Source of the DNA: a virus
Length of the DNA: 64,000 nucleotides
Strand: one strand, 5' to 3'
IMG/VR virus record: IMGVR_UViG_3300025282_000024
The notes below the pieces were generated by a model. That model was given only the letters and a program-made list of their open reading frames with translations, was not told the DNA's origin and did not search any database. Each line of letters opens with the position of its first letter. Positions within the stretch are counted from its first letter, which is position 1. A program made the translations under genes and the position numbers. Shown here in pieces: positions 35,875-44,403 of the stretch.

Positions 35875-35930
35875 CTATCACCTCCTCCCGGTGTGTACAA
35901 TATTATAACATTTCTTTGGCACTGTCAAGA

Positions 35931-36116
35931 CTATAAAGAAAAGACAGTAAATAGAAAGATAGACAACAGAGCGGGGAGAAGTATTCTTACAAAAACCGCC
36001 CACCCTAAAAGTCGTTTAGTTTCACTGTTTTTTTTGGCCACAAAGTATAACACAATTAATGTTAGTGCGTTCCAAAAACCAATCTTGCCTATCTTTTCCA
36101 TTTCCACATTTTCCAT
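35931..36116 (-). CDS. small membrane protein
   Basis: two hydrophobic helices. Confidence 0.55.
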   Translation of the reverse strand: MENVEMEKIGKIGFWNALTLIVLYFVAKKNSETKRLLGWAVFVRILLPALLSIFLFTVFSL

Positions 36117-36117
36117 A

Positions 36118-36369
36118 TTAATCAGTTGATGGATGGCGATAGTGCGGCTGAATAGCCTCTTTGCGTATATCATATTCTTTGAGAGCCACATCTACAGCAA
36201 AATTGATCAGTGTCTGTTCAATATGTGCGATAGGGCATTTCATGTGCGTTGCCAATGCCCGGACTTTATCCCAATCTTCCCTGTTAATAGCGGCCTGAAT
36301 TTTCTTGACTGGCTGCCGCCTCATATTTTTGAAATACTCTACTAAACTTTTATCTGAATTCTTAAACAT
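36118..36369 (-). CDS. hypothetical protein
   Basis: start MFKNSDK after AAGGA SD (the longer ORF call overlaps the tRNA). Confidence 0.65.
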   Translation of the reverse strand: MFKNSDKSLVEYFKNMRRQPVKKIQAAINREDWDKVRALATHMKCPIAHIEQTLINFAVDVALKEYDIRKEAIQPHYRHPSTD

Positions 36370-36402
36370 ATTTTTTTTCCTTGTATTTAATTTTTTAACT
36401 AA

Positions 36403-36486
36403 TAGCTGAAGAGGGACTCGAACCCTCACGCCCATATGGACAAGGGATTTTAAGTCCCTTGCGTCTACCAGTTCCGCCATTCAGCC
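36403..36486 (-). tRNA. tRNA-Leu(UAA)
   Basis: GGCTGAA/TTCAGCT acceptor, AGGGA-CTTAAAA-TCCCT anticodon arm, long variable arm, GGTTCGAGT T-loop; own promoter 36502-36530. Confidence 0.95.
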
Positions 36487-36540
36487 ATTTATCATTAACT
36501 CATCATAAACCATATTTGTTCATTTGTCAAGAGTTAAAAG

Positions 36541-36580
36541 CACCCCCGGCATGATTCGAACATGCGACCTACGGATTAGA
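36541..36580 (-). pseudogene. 3' half of a tRNA-Arg(UCU)
   Basis: TCTAA TCCGT AGGTC GCATG TTCGAAT CATGC CGGGGGT; 5' half absent. Confidence 0.85.
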
Positions 36581-36953
36581 GCAGCGCTTTGGCTTTCGCA
36601 TGCTCTTCTCTGTGGCAATTTGCACACAAACACAAACATTTATCTAGTTCTTTTTTTACATTTTCATTAAAAGCTGTTAATCTTGCTTTAGAAATAGCAA
36701 AATCTTTTTTATCCGTGTCCTTATGGTGAAATTCTAACACCCCATAATATTTATTATAACCGCATCGCTCACATTTGCCACCTTTATATTCAACACATTT
36801 TTGTTTAAACTTTCTTTGTCTTTCTACGGTTTGTTGATTAGTACATCTTTTACAATAAGGCGACAAATCATTTCCAGATCGCCTGCGATAAAATTCATCT
36901 TTTGTCTTTGTTTTATCGCACCTTTTGCATAATTTTATTTTATGAATGGGCAT
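36576..36953 (-). CDS. HNH homing endonuclease
   Basis: CxxC pairs, GGKCERCG, LEFHH, LCANCHREEH. Confidence 0.9.
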   Translation of the reverse strand: MPIHKIKLCKRCDKTKTKDEFYRRRSGNDLSPYCKRCTNQQTVERQRKFKQKCVEYKGGKCERCGYNKYYGVLEFHHKDTDKKDFAISKARLTAFNENVKKELDKCLCLCANCHREEHAKAKALL

Positions 36954-36980
36954 TTTGGCATCTCCAACAATATATATTAG

Positions 36981-37052
36981 AACCCCTAGCTGGATTTGAA
37001 CCAGCGTATGACGGTTTAGAAGACCGTTGCCTTTCCACTAGACTATAGGGGC
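36981..37052 (-). tRNA. tRNA-Arg(UCU)
   Basis: GCCCCTA/TAGGGGT acceptor, ACGGT-CTTCTAA-ACCGT, GCTGG-TTCAAAT-CCAGC. Confidence 0.92.
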
Positions 37053-37065
37053 TTATCATGTAACA

Positions 37066-37127
37066 ATTATACCTCACTTAGATTTGAATGTCAACCTTTT
37101 GTCCAAAATAAACAATCGTTTATTTTG
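37066..37127 (-). promoter_or_regulatory. tRNA promoter with upstream palindrome
   Basis: TTGACA-N17-TATAAT; CAAAATAAAC-N4-GTTTATTTTG at 37104-37127. Confidence 0.8.
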
Positions 37128-37160
37128 CTTAATAAGTTATAACGGCCAAATCGTCAAATG

Positions 37161-37589
37161 TTATCTTGACACTTTTGGATCAGGAACAATAAGAACGACG
37201 GGCTCTTTCGAACTCCACATTGGGCCGACCTTAAATCCAGCGTCCTTGAACTTTTGTGTGATCTCATGCGACATTCTTAACCCTGCGATAGATGCCAGTT
37301 TAGTCATCTCATACTCAGAACGAAATACCTGATATTCGCCCGGAGAATACACCGGATCATGTTCTATGTCAAGTTCAAAATTATCTTTGGTAACATTGGG
37401 GAGATTGTATACAATATCTTCGATCTTCTGAATATTGGGATCTTTGTCTCCTTCAATTGCACCCTGTGTGGCAGCAGCTTGAGCAACTGCTAAAACATCT
37501 TCAAGGTCAGTATCACCATCGCTGTCGATATCTGTATCTGCTTCTTTTACAAACTTACTCCAGTTTTCCATTATAAGTTTATGTTTCAT
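37161..37589 (-). CDS. hypothetical late protein with DxDxDG motif
   Basis: MKHKLIMENW..FVKE leader, DIDSDGDTD; ACTATTTAAT just upstream. Confidence 0.7.
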   Translation of the reverse strand: MKHKLIMENWSKFVKEADTDIDSDGDTDLEDVLAVAQAAATQGAIEGDKDPNIQKIEDIVYNLPNVTKDNFELDIEHDPVYSPGEYQVFRSEYEMTKLASIAGLRMSHEITQKFKDAGFKVGPMWSSKEPVVLIVPDPKVSR

Positions 37590-37619
37590 ATATTAAATAG
37601 TCTCCAATAAGAGAAAAGT

Positions 37620-37639
37620 TGGTGGAAATGGCGGGATTC
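37620..37639 (-). pseudogene. 3'-terminal remnant of tmRNA/tRNA-Ala-like gene
   Basis: GAATCCCGCCATTTCCACCA = T-arm 3' strand + acceptor + ACCA. Confidence 0.45.
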
Positions 37640-37807
37640 ACAAACTTACTCCACTTAACTCTAAGTGTAAACCTTTTGTTCCAAAATAAACAATCCTTTA
37701 TTTTGCTTTGTTGTTAGTAAAGGATTGTTTATTTTCATTTCTCTTCCTTATCGTAAAAAAACTTAGTTTTGGCTTTTAGCAGTTGGTATTCTTGTTCGTT
37801 CATTTAT

Positions 37808-38014
37808 CTATCTCTCGCAAGTTACGATCTTATAATCCTTGTAGAAAAAAACTCTTTGACCTTCGCGAGGAATACAGACAGACTCAGCGATAGAAACTGT
37901 AGAATATTTTACTATCCCCCTTTTTTCATATTTAATCACAGCAGCATCGCCATCGATTTGATGAACAACTCCCAGGAGGAGCAAAAATAACATAAAATTA
38001 ATTGATTTTTTCAT
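37808..38014 (-). CDS. small hypothetical protein
   Basis: ORF overlapping cysteine synthase stop. Confidence 0.6.
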   Translation of the reverse strand: MKKSINFMLFLLLLGVVHQIDGDAAVIKYEKRGIVKYSTVSIAESVCIPREGQRVFFYKDYKIVTCER

Positions 38015-38861
38015 TATAACAACTTAAATATCGTTCGCCCCGGTCACATAAAAATGTGACCACAATGCCAGGCGGATTATTGTTTTTAACCCATTTTTCT
38101 GCAGCCAATATATTTGCTCCAGAGCTTATACCCACCAAAAGGCCGTTTTCTTTGGCAAGACGACATGATCTTTCTTTGGCTTCTTTTGTTGTTATTTCTA
38201 TTACATTATCAACTTTTGACATGTCACATAAGAAGTCATCACCATCGTTAATGCCTTGTATTCCATGGGTTTCTGCTGGTTCGGACGGCTTCACAAGAAC
38301 TGTTTTCATATCTGGAAATTTCACCGACAAAAAATTATGACAACCCATAATAGTACCGCCGGTTCCAGACCCAGCAATCAAAGCAGATATGTTTTCAGGT
38401 ACCTGTGTGAGTATCTCTCTGGCTGTCATTGTTTCGTGGCACTCAGTGTTATGTTTATTACTAAACTGCATTGGAGACCAATAGGTGCCAAAGTTATGAA
38501 CGAGCTTATCCCTTCTTTTTATCGCGCTTTTAAATGCATTATCACCAACTTCAATAATTGTGGCTCCAAACATTTTCATCATTTTTTTTCGCTCGGCGCT
38601 CATGTTGCGAGGCATAATAATAATACAATTATATCCATACGCAGCTGCAAACATAGCAAATGCAATGCCTGTATTCCCAGAAGAAGCCTCAACTATCGTA
38701 TAACCCTTTCTTAAATCACCAGATTCTTCAGCTTTCTTTATTATATAATATGCCATCCGATCTTTAATAGATCCTGAAGGATTAAAAGTCTCTAACTTCG
38801 CATATATTTTATCACTTATCTTGATAAGTGGTGTGTTTCCAACACACTCATGAATAGTCAT
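37998..38861 (-). CDS. cysteine synthase (PLP-dependent, CysK/CysM family)
   Basis: VGNTPL, KLETFNPSGSIKDR, SSGNTG, GTGGT, GISSGA, DRGERY. Confidence 0.93.
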   Translation of the reverse strand: MTIHECVGNTPLIKISDKIYAKLETFNPSGSIKDRMAYYIIKKAEESGDLRKGYTIVEASSGNTGIAFAMFAAAYGYNCIIIMPRNMSAERKKMMKMFGATIIEVGDNAFKSAIKRRDKLVHNFGTYWSPMQFSNKHNTECHETMTAREILTQVPENISALIAGSGTGGTIMGCHNFLSVKFPDMKTVLVKPSEPAETHGIQGINDGDDFLCDMSKVDNVIEITTKEAKERSCRLAKENGLLVGISSGANILAAEKWVKNNNPPGIVVTFLCDRGERYLSCYNEKIN

Positions 38862-38867
38862 AATATT

Positions 38868-39827
38868 TTATTTATTTCCTACAACAATTTTTCTGAAAGA
38901 TGTATAAAGATCATTCCAGTTTGTTTTTCCTATGCCATCTTCCAGCATCATACCATTTGTAGAAGTTTTATTAAATGTTAATTCAGTGTCCCTGATTATA
39001 GATTTTATTTTAGTTTTATTCTGAACTGAAATACTTGGAGCATATAGCTGCATCAACTGATAATTTTCCTTAATGATTGGTTCACTCTCAACAATGTTTT
39101 GATATGCTTTTAAGGTTGAATTAGCATTCGCGCAGAATTCAACCACCTTGTCAATGCCATATGTCTTTTCTTCTGCAAGGAATGGCAAACGCTTTGCAAC
39201 GGTTGCCAATCCAATTCCCGGGACTCCATCTAAATTATCGCTCTTATCTCCCACAATTGCACGGGCCAGCGCAAAATTTGTTGGATGAATACCAAACTTC
39301 TCAACAATATTTTTTTTGTTTAATATTTCTTTTTGAGTTGGCCTATAAAGGACAGTTTCATTATCAAGCAGTTGAAAGAAGTCTTTATCGCTTGAGACAA
39401 TTACTTTTTGCCAGCCCCAAAAACCAGGATGTTGTGCAATAAAAGAAATTACATCGTCTGCTTCTGAACCGTCTGAAACTAACTGAGTTATTGGGAAATT
39501 ATTTAGATATTCAACAAGCCGTATTTGCTGCCAAATCTTATTTTGAAGTTCCTCTTCCTCAGTAAGATTTTTAATATCTCGATTGAGACGTAAGGGTTTT
39601 CTCCCTTCTTTATAGTTTTTGTTGACAATCTTTCTTCTTGCGCTGCCACCTTTACCATCCCAACAAATAATAACCCTATCAGGATTAATCTCACGACAAA
39701 GTTTTTGCAGGATTTTAAGAAACCCAACAGTTCCACCAATGGGATCTCCATTCGTAGATAAACTTGGGTTAACAATATAAGCCCTCAAAAATTGATTGAG
39801 GGCGTCAATAATCATTACTCTCTTCAT
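38868..39827 (-). CDS. 5'-3' exonuclease / flap endonuclease (T4 RNase H-like)
   Basis: IIDA.N, WDG, EADD, SSDKD, GDKSDN..GVPGIG. Confidence 0.92.
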   Translation of the reverse strand: MKRVMIIDALNQFLRAYIVNPSLSTNGDPIGGTVGFLKILQKLCREINPDRVIICWDGKGGSARRKIVNKNYKEGRKPLRLNRDIKNLTEEEELQNKIWQQIRLVEYLNNFPITQLVSDGSEADDVISFIAQHPGFWGWQKVIVSSDKDFFQLLDNETVLYRPTQKEILNKKNIVEKFGIHPTNFALARAIVGDKSDNLDGVPGIGLATVAKRLPFLAEEKTYGIDKVVEFCANANSTLKAYQNIVESEPIIKENYQLMQLYAPSISVQNKTKIKSIIRDTELTFNKTSTNGMMLEDGIGKTNWNDLYTSFRKIVVGNK

Positions 39828-39834
39828 GAAGAGT

Positions 39835-39863
39835 ATCCTACCAAATTAAATCAGACTTGTCAA
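39835..39863 (-). promoter_or_regulatory. sigma70-type promoter (leaderless transcript)
   Basis: TTGACA-N17-TAGGAT, ATG after a 7-nt gap. Confidence 0.7.
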
Positions 39864-39871
39864 GACTTTTT

Positions 39872-40225
39872 TTACTTTCTACGATTAGCTACAGTCTGGG
39901 CGCCTTTGGCGAATGCCGCTCTCCTTTCGGTGGTTTTAGTGTAATCTTTAGGATTAGCTAAAACCTTCTTAGCAAATGGTTGAACTCCCATGCCAGCTCT
40001 GTCTGCCTGTTTCGTAAAAGTGCCTTCAGTGCCTTTCTTTTCTATCTCATCGGCAGCAGCAACAAAGCCCTCGTCATCCTCTTCCATAATTGCACGGTCA
40101 GAGATGCCCTCTTGGTCTTTCGCAGCTGCGTCGGCTATGCCGGTTCCAATGCTCTCCTCATCCTCCAAAACAATAGCTAATTCTTCTTTAATAATTTGTT
40201 TGAGTTGTTGTTTTGTTAGTTTCAT
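39872..40225 (-). CDS. 'MKLTKQQLKQIIKEEL' leader protein
   Basis: shared N-terminal motif. Confidence 0.8.
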   Translation of the reverse strand: MKLTKQQLKQIIKEELAIVLEDEESIGTGIADAAAKDQEGISDRAIMEEDDEGFVAAADEIEKKGTEGTFTKQADRAGMGVQPFAKKVLANPKDYTKTTERRAAFAKGAQTVANRRK

Positions 40226-40237
40226 TATGGTTGCCTT

Positions 40238-40558
40238 TTAATAATAATCTGGTTGTTCGTACTCGTGGCCGAGCATCTTAGCCCAGTCTTCTACGGCGCT
40301 CGAAAGCTGCTCACTCATAAAATTATCCCAATCATTATGAGGAACATTATTTTTCCAGCCTTCATACTCGTGATGTCTATCATTTAGCTCATCAAATATT
40401 TGTACAATTGAAATTTCTTTTCCATCAAGTTCAACAGTCACATCCTTATAATCTTCTGTATATGCAGTCAGCCCATTAGCGGTAACTATCTTTTTTTTCA
40501 ATGTTGCGTGAAGCTCTTCTTTAATAAGTCGCTTAAGTTGTTGTTTTGTTAATTTCAT
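40238..40558 (-). CDS. 'MKLTKQQLKRLIKEEL' leader protein
   Basis: shared N-terminal motif. Confidence 0.8.
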   Translation of the reverse strand: MKLTKQQLKRLIKEELHATLKKKIVTANGLTAYTEDYKDVTVELDGKEISIVQIFDELNDRHHEYEGWKNNVPHNDWDNFMSEQLSSAVEDWAKMLGHEYEQPDYY

Positions 40559-40563
40559 TGTGT

Positions 40564-40956
40564 TTATTCCTCGAATGGAAAGCCGATTGCTTTTCGTTCA
40601 GCTGTAGCCTTCTCTGTCCCGTGCCCAACAAGGTTCTCGATCATATTAGCTATTCTAAAGATAGTTAATTCTGTCGCTTTCGCATAATCCTTAACTTGAC
40701 CTACCAGACCTCCAATACCTCCACTAGTATGTTTAAACCCAAGAGGATCGCCGGATCGCTGTGTAGGAAGCGGCCCTTTTACTTTTTTAGGTTGCGCAAT
40801 ATTTAATACTCTTTCTTCTAAAGCTTTTGCAGCGTCATAAGCAGATCGCACAGAATCCCGCATTTTAAGCTCACCAGCTTCAGTTAATAGCTCAGATTGC
40901 GCATATTCCAGTTCTTCTTTAATAATTCGTTTTAGTTGTTGTTTTGTTAATTTCAT
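40564..40956 (-). CDS. 'MKLTKQQLKRIIKEEL' leader protein
   Basis: shared N-terminal motif. Confidence 0.8.
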   Translation of the reverse strand: MKLTKQQLKRIIKEELEYAQSELLTEAGELKMRDSVRSAYDAAKALEERVLNIAQPKKVKGPLPTQRSGDPLGFKHTSGGIGGLVGQVKDYAKATELTIFRIANMIENLVGHGTEKATAERKAIGFPFEE

Positions 40957-41001
40957 TATACGTTGAATCCCTTGGCTCTCATGGCCATGTTTTGTCCTAT
41001 T

Positions 41002-41388
41002 CTAGAAATGTATTTCTTCACTAGACTCCTCCTCGGGAGGCTCCAGTTCGCCTTCGTCGTCCCCAAACTCTTTATCCAAAATATCTTCAAGATCATCTGA
41101 ATAAAGCGACGATTGATCCACAAAATTATCTAAAGTGGCCTGCAAAACTTCTTTGACCTGTCCCCTTGCATCTTCTTTTGTAAGCGGTCCATATTCGTCA
41201 GGCTTATCTTTGTAGTGGTCAATCACTCCGAAAGTTACATCTCGGAAGGCGTCGCGTAAGTCGTCAAGCGCAGGATCAAACCCTTTATGTGCCTCGTCGC
41301 TGGCATCAAAAGAACGTGGAGGCTCCTCCCCTATACGCTCTAACTCTTCTTTAATAATTTGTTGTAATCTCGATTGTTTTAGTTTCAT
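41002..41388 (-). CDS. 'MKLKQSRLQQIIKEEL' leader protein
   Basis: shared N-terminal motif; ACTAATTAAT late-type motif upstream. Confidence 0.8.
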   Translation of the reverse strand: MKLKQSRLQQIIKEELERIGEEPPRSFDASDEAHKGFDPALDDLRDAFRDVTFGVIDHYKDKPDEYGPLTKEDARGQVKEVLQATLDNFVDQSSLYSDDLEDILDKEFGDDEGELEPPEEESSEEIHF

Positions 41389-41432
41389 GGCTTATCCTTC
41401 CTTAATACTATTAATTAGTAAGCAAAAAGAGT

Positions 41433-42539
41433 TTATTCCCGTTCTTCATAGAAAGATTCTGCTGAACCTGTACGGTCATCAAACTTCATAATAATCTCTT
41501 CGTCCATGATCTCTAAAACTCTTTGCCTAAACTTAGGATCTTCAAGTTTTTTCTTCCAACCAGAGCTTTGAAATTTATCAAATGTACCATCGTTATAAGT
41601 AAGAGCAAACCAGGCGCCACTATTATTTAAGTGTTGTGAACCCTTAATCGCGTCAAGCCAACTTTCTTCATCTTGTACTCCGATTTCATCTCCCCATAGG
41701 ATCTTAAAATTACATTGTCTACCGGCTGTCCCGAATCGTGATTTTTCAAGTTTTACCTTGACCTCTGAACCGATTCGAAAGCCTTTATCATCTGTGATGA
41801 AAGAAGCCTTTGCTTTACGCCCTGTGAGCCACACACGCAACGAGTAGGCATAAACCATAGCTTTACCCCCAGGCGTCATATAAGGCGTTGTGAGGGCCTC
41901 TGAGGGGCGCCTGGTGATGTTTGTTTTAAGCTGGTTCAAAACAAGAAACGTCGATTGACTATTCGCAATTGGAACTGTCAGCTTTGACATGCCTTTTGCA
42001 AGAATTCTGGCCTTAACGGCCATCGACGAAAGAGGATTAAAATCTCCTTCAATATCTGAGATTGCTGGTGTCAACGCTAGTGAATCCCAGATAAAAAGCA
42101 TCTTGTTTTCGTTTGACCCAAGAAGCTCTTCAATTGTCTCAAGCACAAATTCTACAGATGTTGCCTGTACATATAATAGATCATCAACATTACAGCCAGT
42201 TTTCTCTAAGAACCCCGGATCAATTGCGGACTCTGAATCAAAATAAACCACATCAATCCCCATATTCTGGGCATTAGCGGCTACCTGCGCTGCCATATAT
42301 GATTTACCAGTTGACTCCAAACCCGCTATTTCAACAATTTTTCCAATTGGGATTCCTGCGCGCTGGCCTCGACAAATAATACTGTCAAGCCATCTCGACC
42401 CTGTAGGAATCCATTCTTTTACAATTGTTGGACTACCCTCATTTAAATTATGTGCCACGTTTAGTCCCGCTTTCTTGTTGATAAGTTTGCGCATATCTTC
42501 AATAGAAAGCTTGCCAGCAGCTTTTTTAGTTTTAGTCAT
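41433..42539 (-). CDS. recA: RecA/UvsX recombinase
   Basis: IPTGS..LD, GLESTGKS, FDSE, WDS, LNQL, TPGG. Confidence 0.93.
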   Translation of the reverse strand: MTKTKKAAGKLSIEDMRKLINKKAGLNVAHNLNEGSPTIVKEWIPTGSRWLDSIICRGQRAGIPIGKIVEIAGLESTGKSYMAAQVAANAQNMGIDVVYFDSESAIDPGFLEKTGCNVDDLLYVQATSVEFVLETIEELLGSNENKMLFIWDSLALTPAISDIEGDFNPLSSMAVKARILAKGMSKLTVPIANSQSTFLVLNQLKTNITRRPSEALTTPYMTPGGKAMVYAYSLRVWLTGRKAKASFITDDKGFRIGSEVKVKLEKSRFGTAGRQCNFKILWGDEIGVQDEESWLDAIKGSQHLNNSGAWFALTYNDGTFDKFQSSGWKKKLEDPKFRQRVLEIMDEEIIMKFDDRTGSAESFYEERE

Positions 42540-42568
42540 TATAATATTTTCCTCCTATATTAAAAGTT

Positions 42569-42602
42569 GAGACATTTATAAACCCACGTCTTCCCTGTGG
42601 TT
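42569..42602 (-). repeat. copy 2 of conserved hairpin/pseudoknot element
   Basis: AACCACAGGGAAGACGTGGGTTTATAAATGTCTC. Confidence 0.7.
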
Positions 42603-42607
42603 AAAAA

Positions 42608-43519
42608 CTAATTTAATAGATTAGAAGTCTTATTTAGCTTAACAATTCTTTGCTTATGTTTAAGAGAACAACCATTAGGCACAGTAACCCTTCGATAATC
42701 CACAATTAGCCCATGAGCAATAGACTCTCCATGTTTATGGTGGACTCGGCCTCCCTTGGTTTTATAATCAGAGGCAGCATTATACTGGGTATGGATTGCC
42801 ACATAGGTACTAAACCAAAGTTTAAAGTCCTTGTCAACGGCAGAGCCATCATTGAAAGACGGATGCAACTTGAATAGAAGTGTAGTACCCTCCAAAAGCT
42901 CACCCTGAATCTTTTCATCGTTGGACCACGCTCTATCTAAAAGCTCAGAAGCTAGTTTTACGTTAGCTAAACCATGTTTTACGCATCGGTTAAACGCTCC
43001 AACGGAGATGCGCTTTGAATTTGGGGCGCCCACAGTGCCAAATTCGTCAGGAGAACCATAAACGCTTAAGCCAGTATAAACAAGCTGATTTTTAATCTCT
43101 AGCGCTTTCTGGTCTTGTGCAAGTACTTGGTGCACAAAAACTTCATCTTTGTTTGCACTCTTGCGGTTTGACCAGTTAACTTCATAGAAAAGCTTGTGAT
43201 ATTCCTGTTCGTTTTTAACATCGATACGATAACAAGGCATCTTGGTACGATTTGGAAACACGACTCTGTACATTCCTCGGCGGTGATCACCATCTAGAAG
43301 ATATTCGTCACCATTAGGAAACACAGCAATTGTGGGGGGAGTAAACTTTGACCAGTCAAAACCATTCTTAAGATATTTCTTAAGTTGACTGCTCTTTGTT
43401 TCACGATTAACCAGACTCAATATCTCCACCCCTACTTGGCCCGGTTGGCCCGGCCTTCCAAAAATATTGATGTCATTAACTTTTAGAGATTTTGTATCTC
43501 CAACTAAAAAATTACTCAT
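42608..43519 (-). CDS. ParB/Srx-like N-terminal domain protein (DUF6551-like)
   Basis: PPTIA..YLLDGDHR, LFYEVN..RK. Confidence 0.7.
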   Translation of the reverse strand: MSNFLVGDTKSLKVNDINIFGRPGQPGQVGVEILSLVNRETKSSQLKKYLKNGFDWSKFTPPTIAVFPNGDEYLLDGDHRRGMYRVVFPNRTKMPCYRIDVKNEQEYHKLFYEVNWSNRKSANKDEVFVHQVLAQDQKALEIKNQLVYTGLSVYGSPDEFGTVGAPNSKRISVGAFNRCVKHGLANVKLASELLDRAWSNDEKIQGELLEGTTLLFKLHPSFNDGSAVDKDFKLWFSTYVAIHTQYNAASDYKTKGGRVHHKHGESIAHGLIVDYRRVTVPNGCSLKHKQRIVKLNKTSNLLN

Positions 43520-43599
43520 AATTATTCCTCCTTATGAATAGCATCTAAGGTTTCGAGGCCAATTGGACTTATACTAGGCACCTTATCGCCTAAAAAAAT

Positions 43600-43633
43600 G
43601 AGGCATCTGTAAACCCATGCCTCCCTGCGGTTT
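43600..43633 (-). repeat. copy 1 of conserved hairpin/pseudoknot element (followed by U-tract)
   Basis: AAACCGCAGGGAGGCATGGGTTTACAGATGCCTC-ATTTTTTT. Confidence 0.7.
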
Positions 43634-43638
43634 ATAAA

Positions 43639-44403
43639 TTAGCTGCCAAGAAGATCTGCGAAAGCTTTATCCACGGAAGTCCCACTAGTGGCTTCTTTCT
43701 CGGTGCCACCATCATATTTGGTGGTTTCGGTGGAATTCTCTTCGGGATCTCCATCTCCCAACAAAAATTCATCTAGCATTCCCTGAACTTCTGCAAAAGA
43801 TTTTCGGCTAGCTGCAAACAATTCATCAAAGTCCGGTACAGACTCCAAAAATTCACGGCATCTCTCAGGCTCTTTACAAAGCGTTGAACTACGGCGGCGC
43901 GGCGTAATCTGAGTTACTGGAAAGGTTGCGCCAGCTGGCTTTCCATAACCAAGGACAAGATCAGTCCCCGCTTCAGCATCGGTAATGTCTCCATATTCCG
44001 GATTAAGCACAAGATTCAAGAGAGTTTCATAAACGGTTTTACCGAAACCCCAAACTCGAACCCCTTTATCTTCTTCTCCGCGCACAATAACTGGCGCAAA
44101 GAAACGCTGACGAGCAGAAAGCTTTTTCGCCATTCTCTTACTATCTTCTGTGCCTTCCTGCCAAAGCTGGCGCACAAAAGAATCCAACGGACAATCTTCG
44201 CCAAAGTTTCGCTTTGGACTCAAGAAGCCGGGATTATCTCCAACATTATAATGGAACCAGTAATCCTTGAACGGATCTCCATCTTCAGTAGGAACAATAC
44301 GGATAGTTTGTTCCCCATCCTGCGGGCGCCAAAAACGATTGTTGCCCCCTTTACTTTCAAGAGCATTTTTGCGCTCTCTCATTTTCTTCATATCAATAGT
44401 CAT
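43639..44403 (-). CDS. single-stranded DNA-binding protein (gp32-like)
   Basis: FWRP..G..TIRIVP, CP, V..WGFGK, YGDITD, acidic tail ending AFADLLGS. Confidence 0.85.
   Translation of the reverse strand: MTIDMKKMRERKNALESKGGNNRFWRPQDGEQTIRIVPTEDGDPFKDYWFHYNVGDNPGFLSPKRNFGEDCPLDSFVRQLWQEGTEDSKRMAKKLSARQRFFAPVIVRGEEDKGVRVWGFGKTVYETLLNLVLNPEYGDITDAEAGTDLVLGYGKPAGATFPVTQITPRRRSSTLCKEPERCREFLESVPDFDELFAASRKSFAEVQGMLDEFLLGDGDPEENSTETTKYDGGTEKEATSGTSVDKAFADLLGS

Noticed and set aside
36370-36480. N-terminal extension of ORF 36118..36480
   Set aside because: It is a translation of tRNA-Leu; the real start is 36369.
36541-37052. Intron-split tRNA-Arg
   Set aside because: The upstream tRNA is already complete, the remnant's stems mismatch its 5' half, and no group I core was seen.
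40956-40988. 10-codon ORF MAMRAKGFNV between leader-family genes
   Set aside because: Too short to support; possibly a remnant or a coupling peptide.
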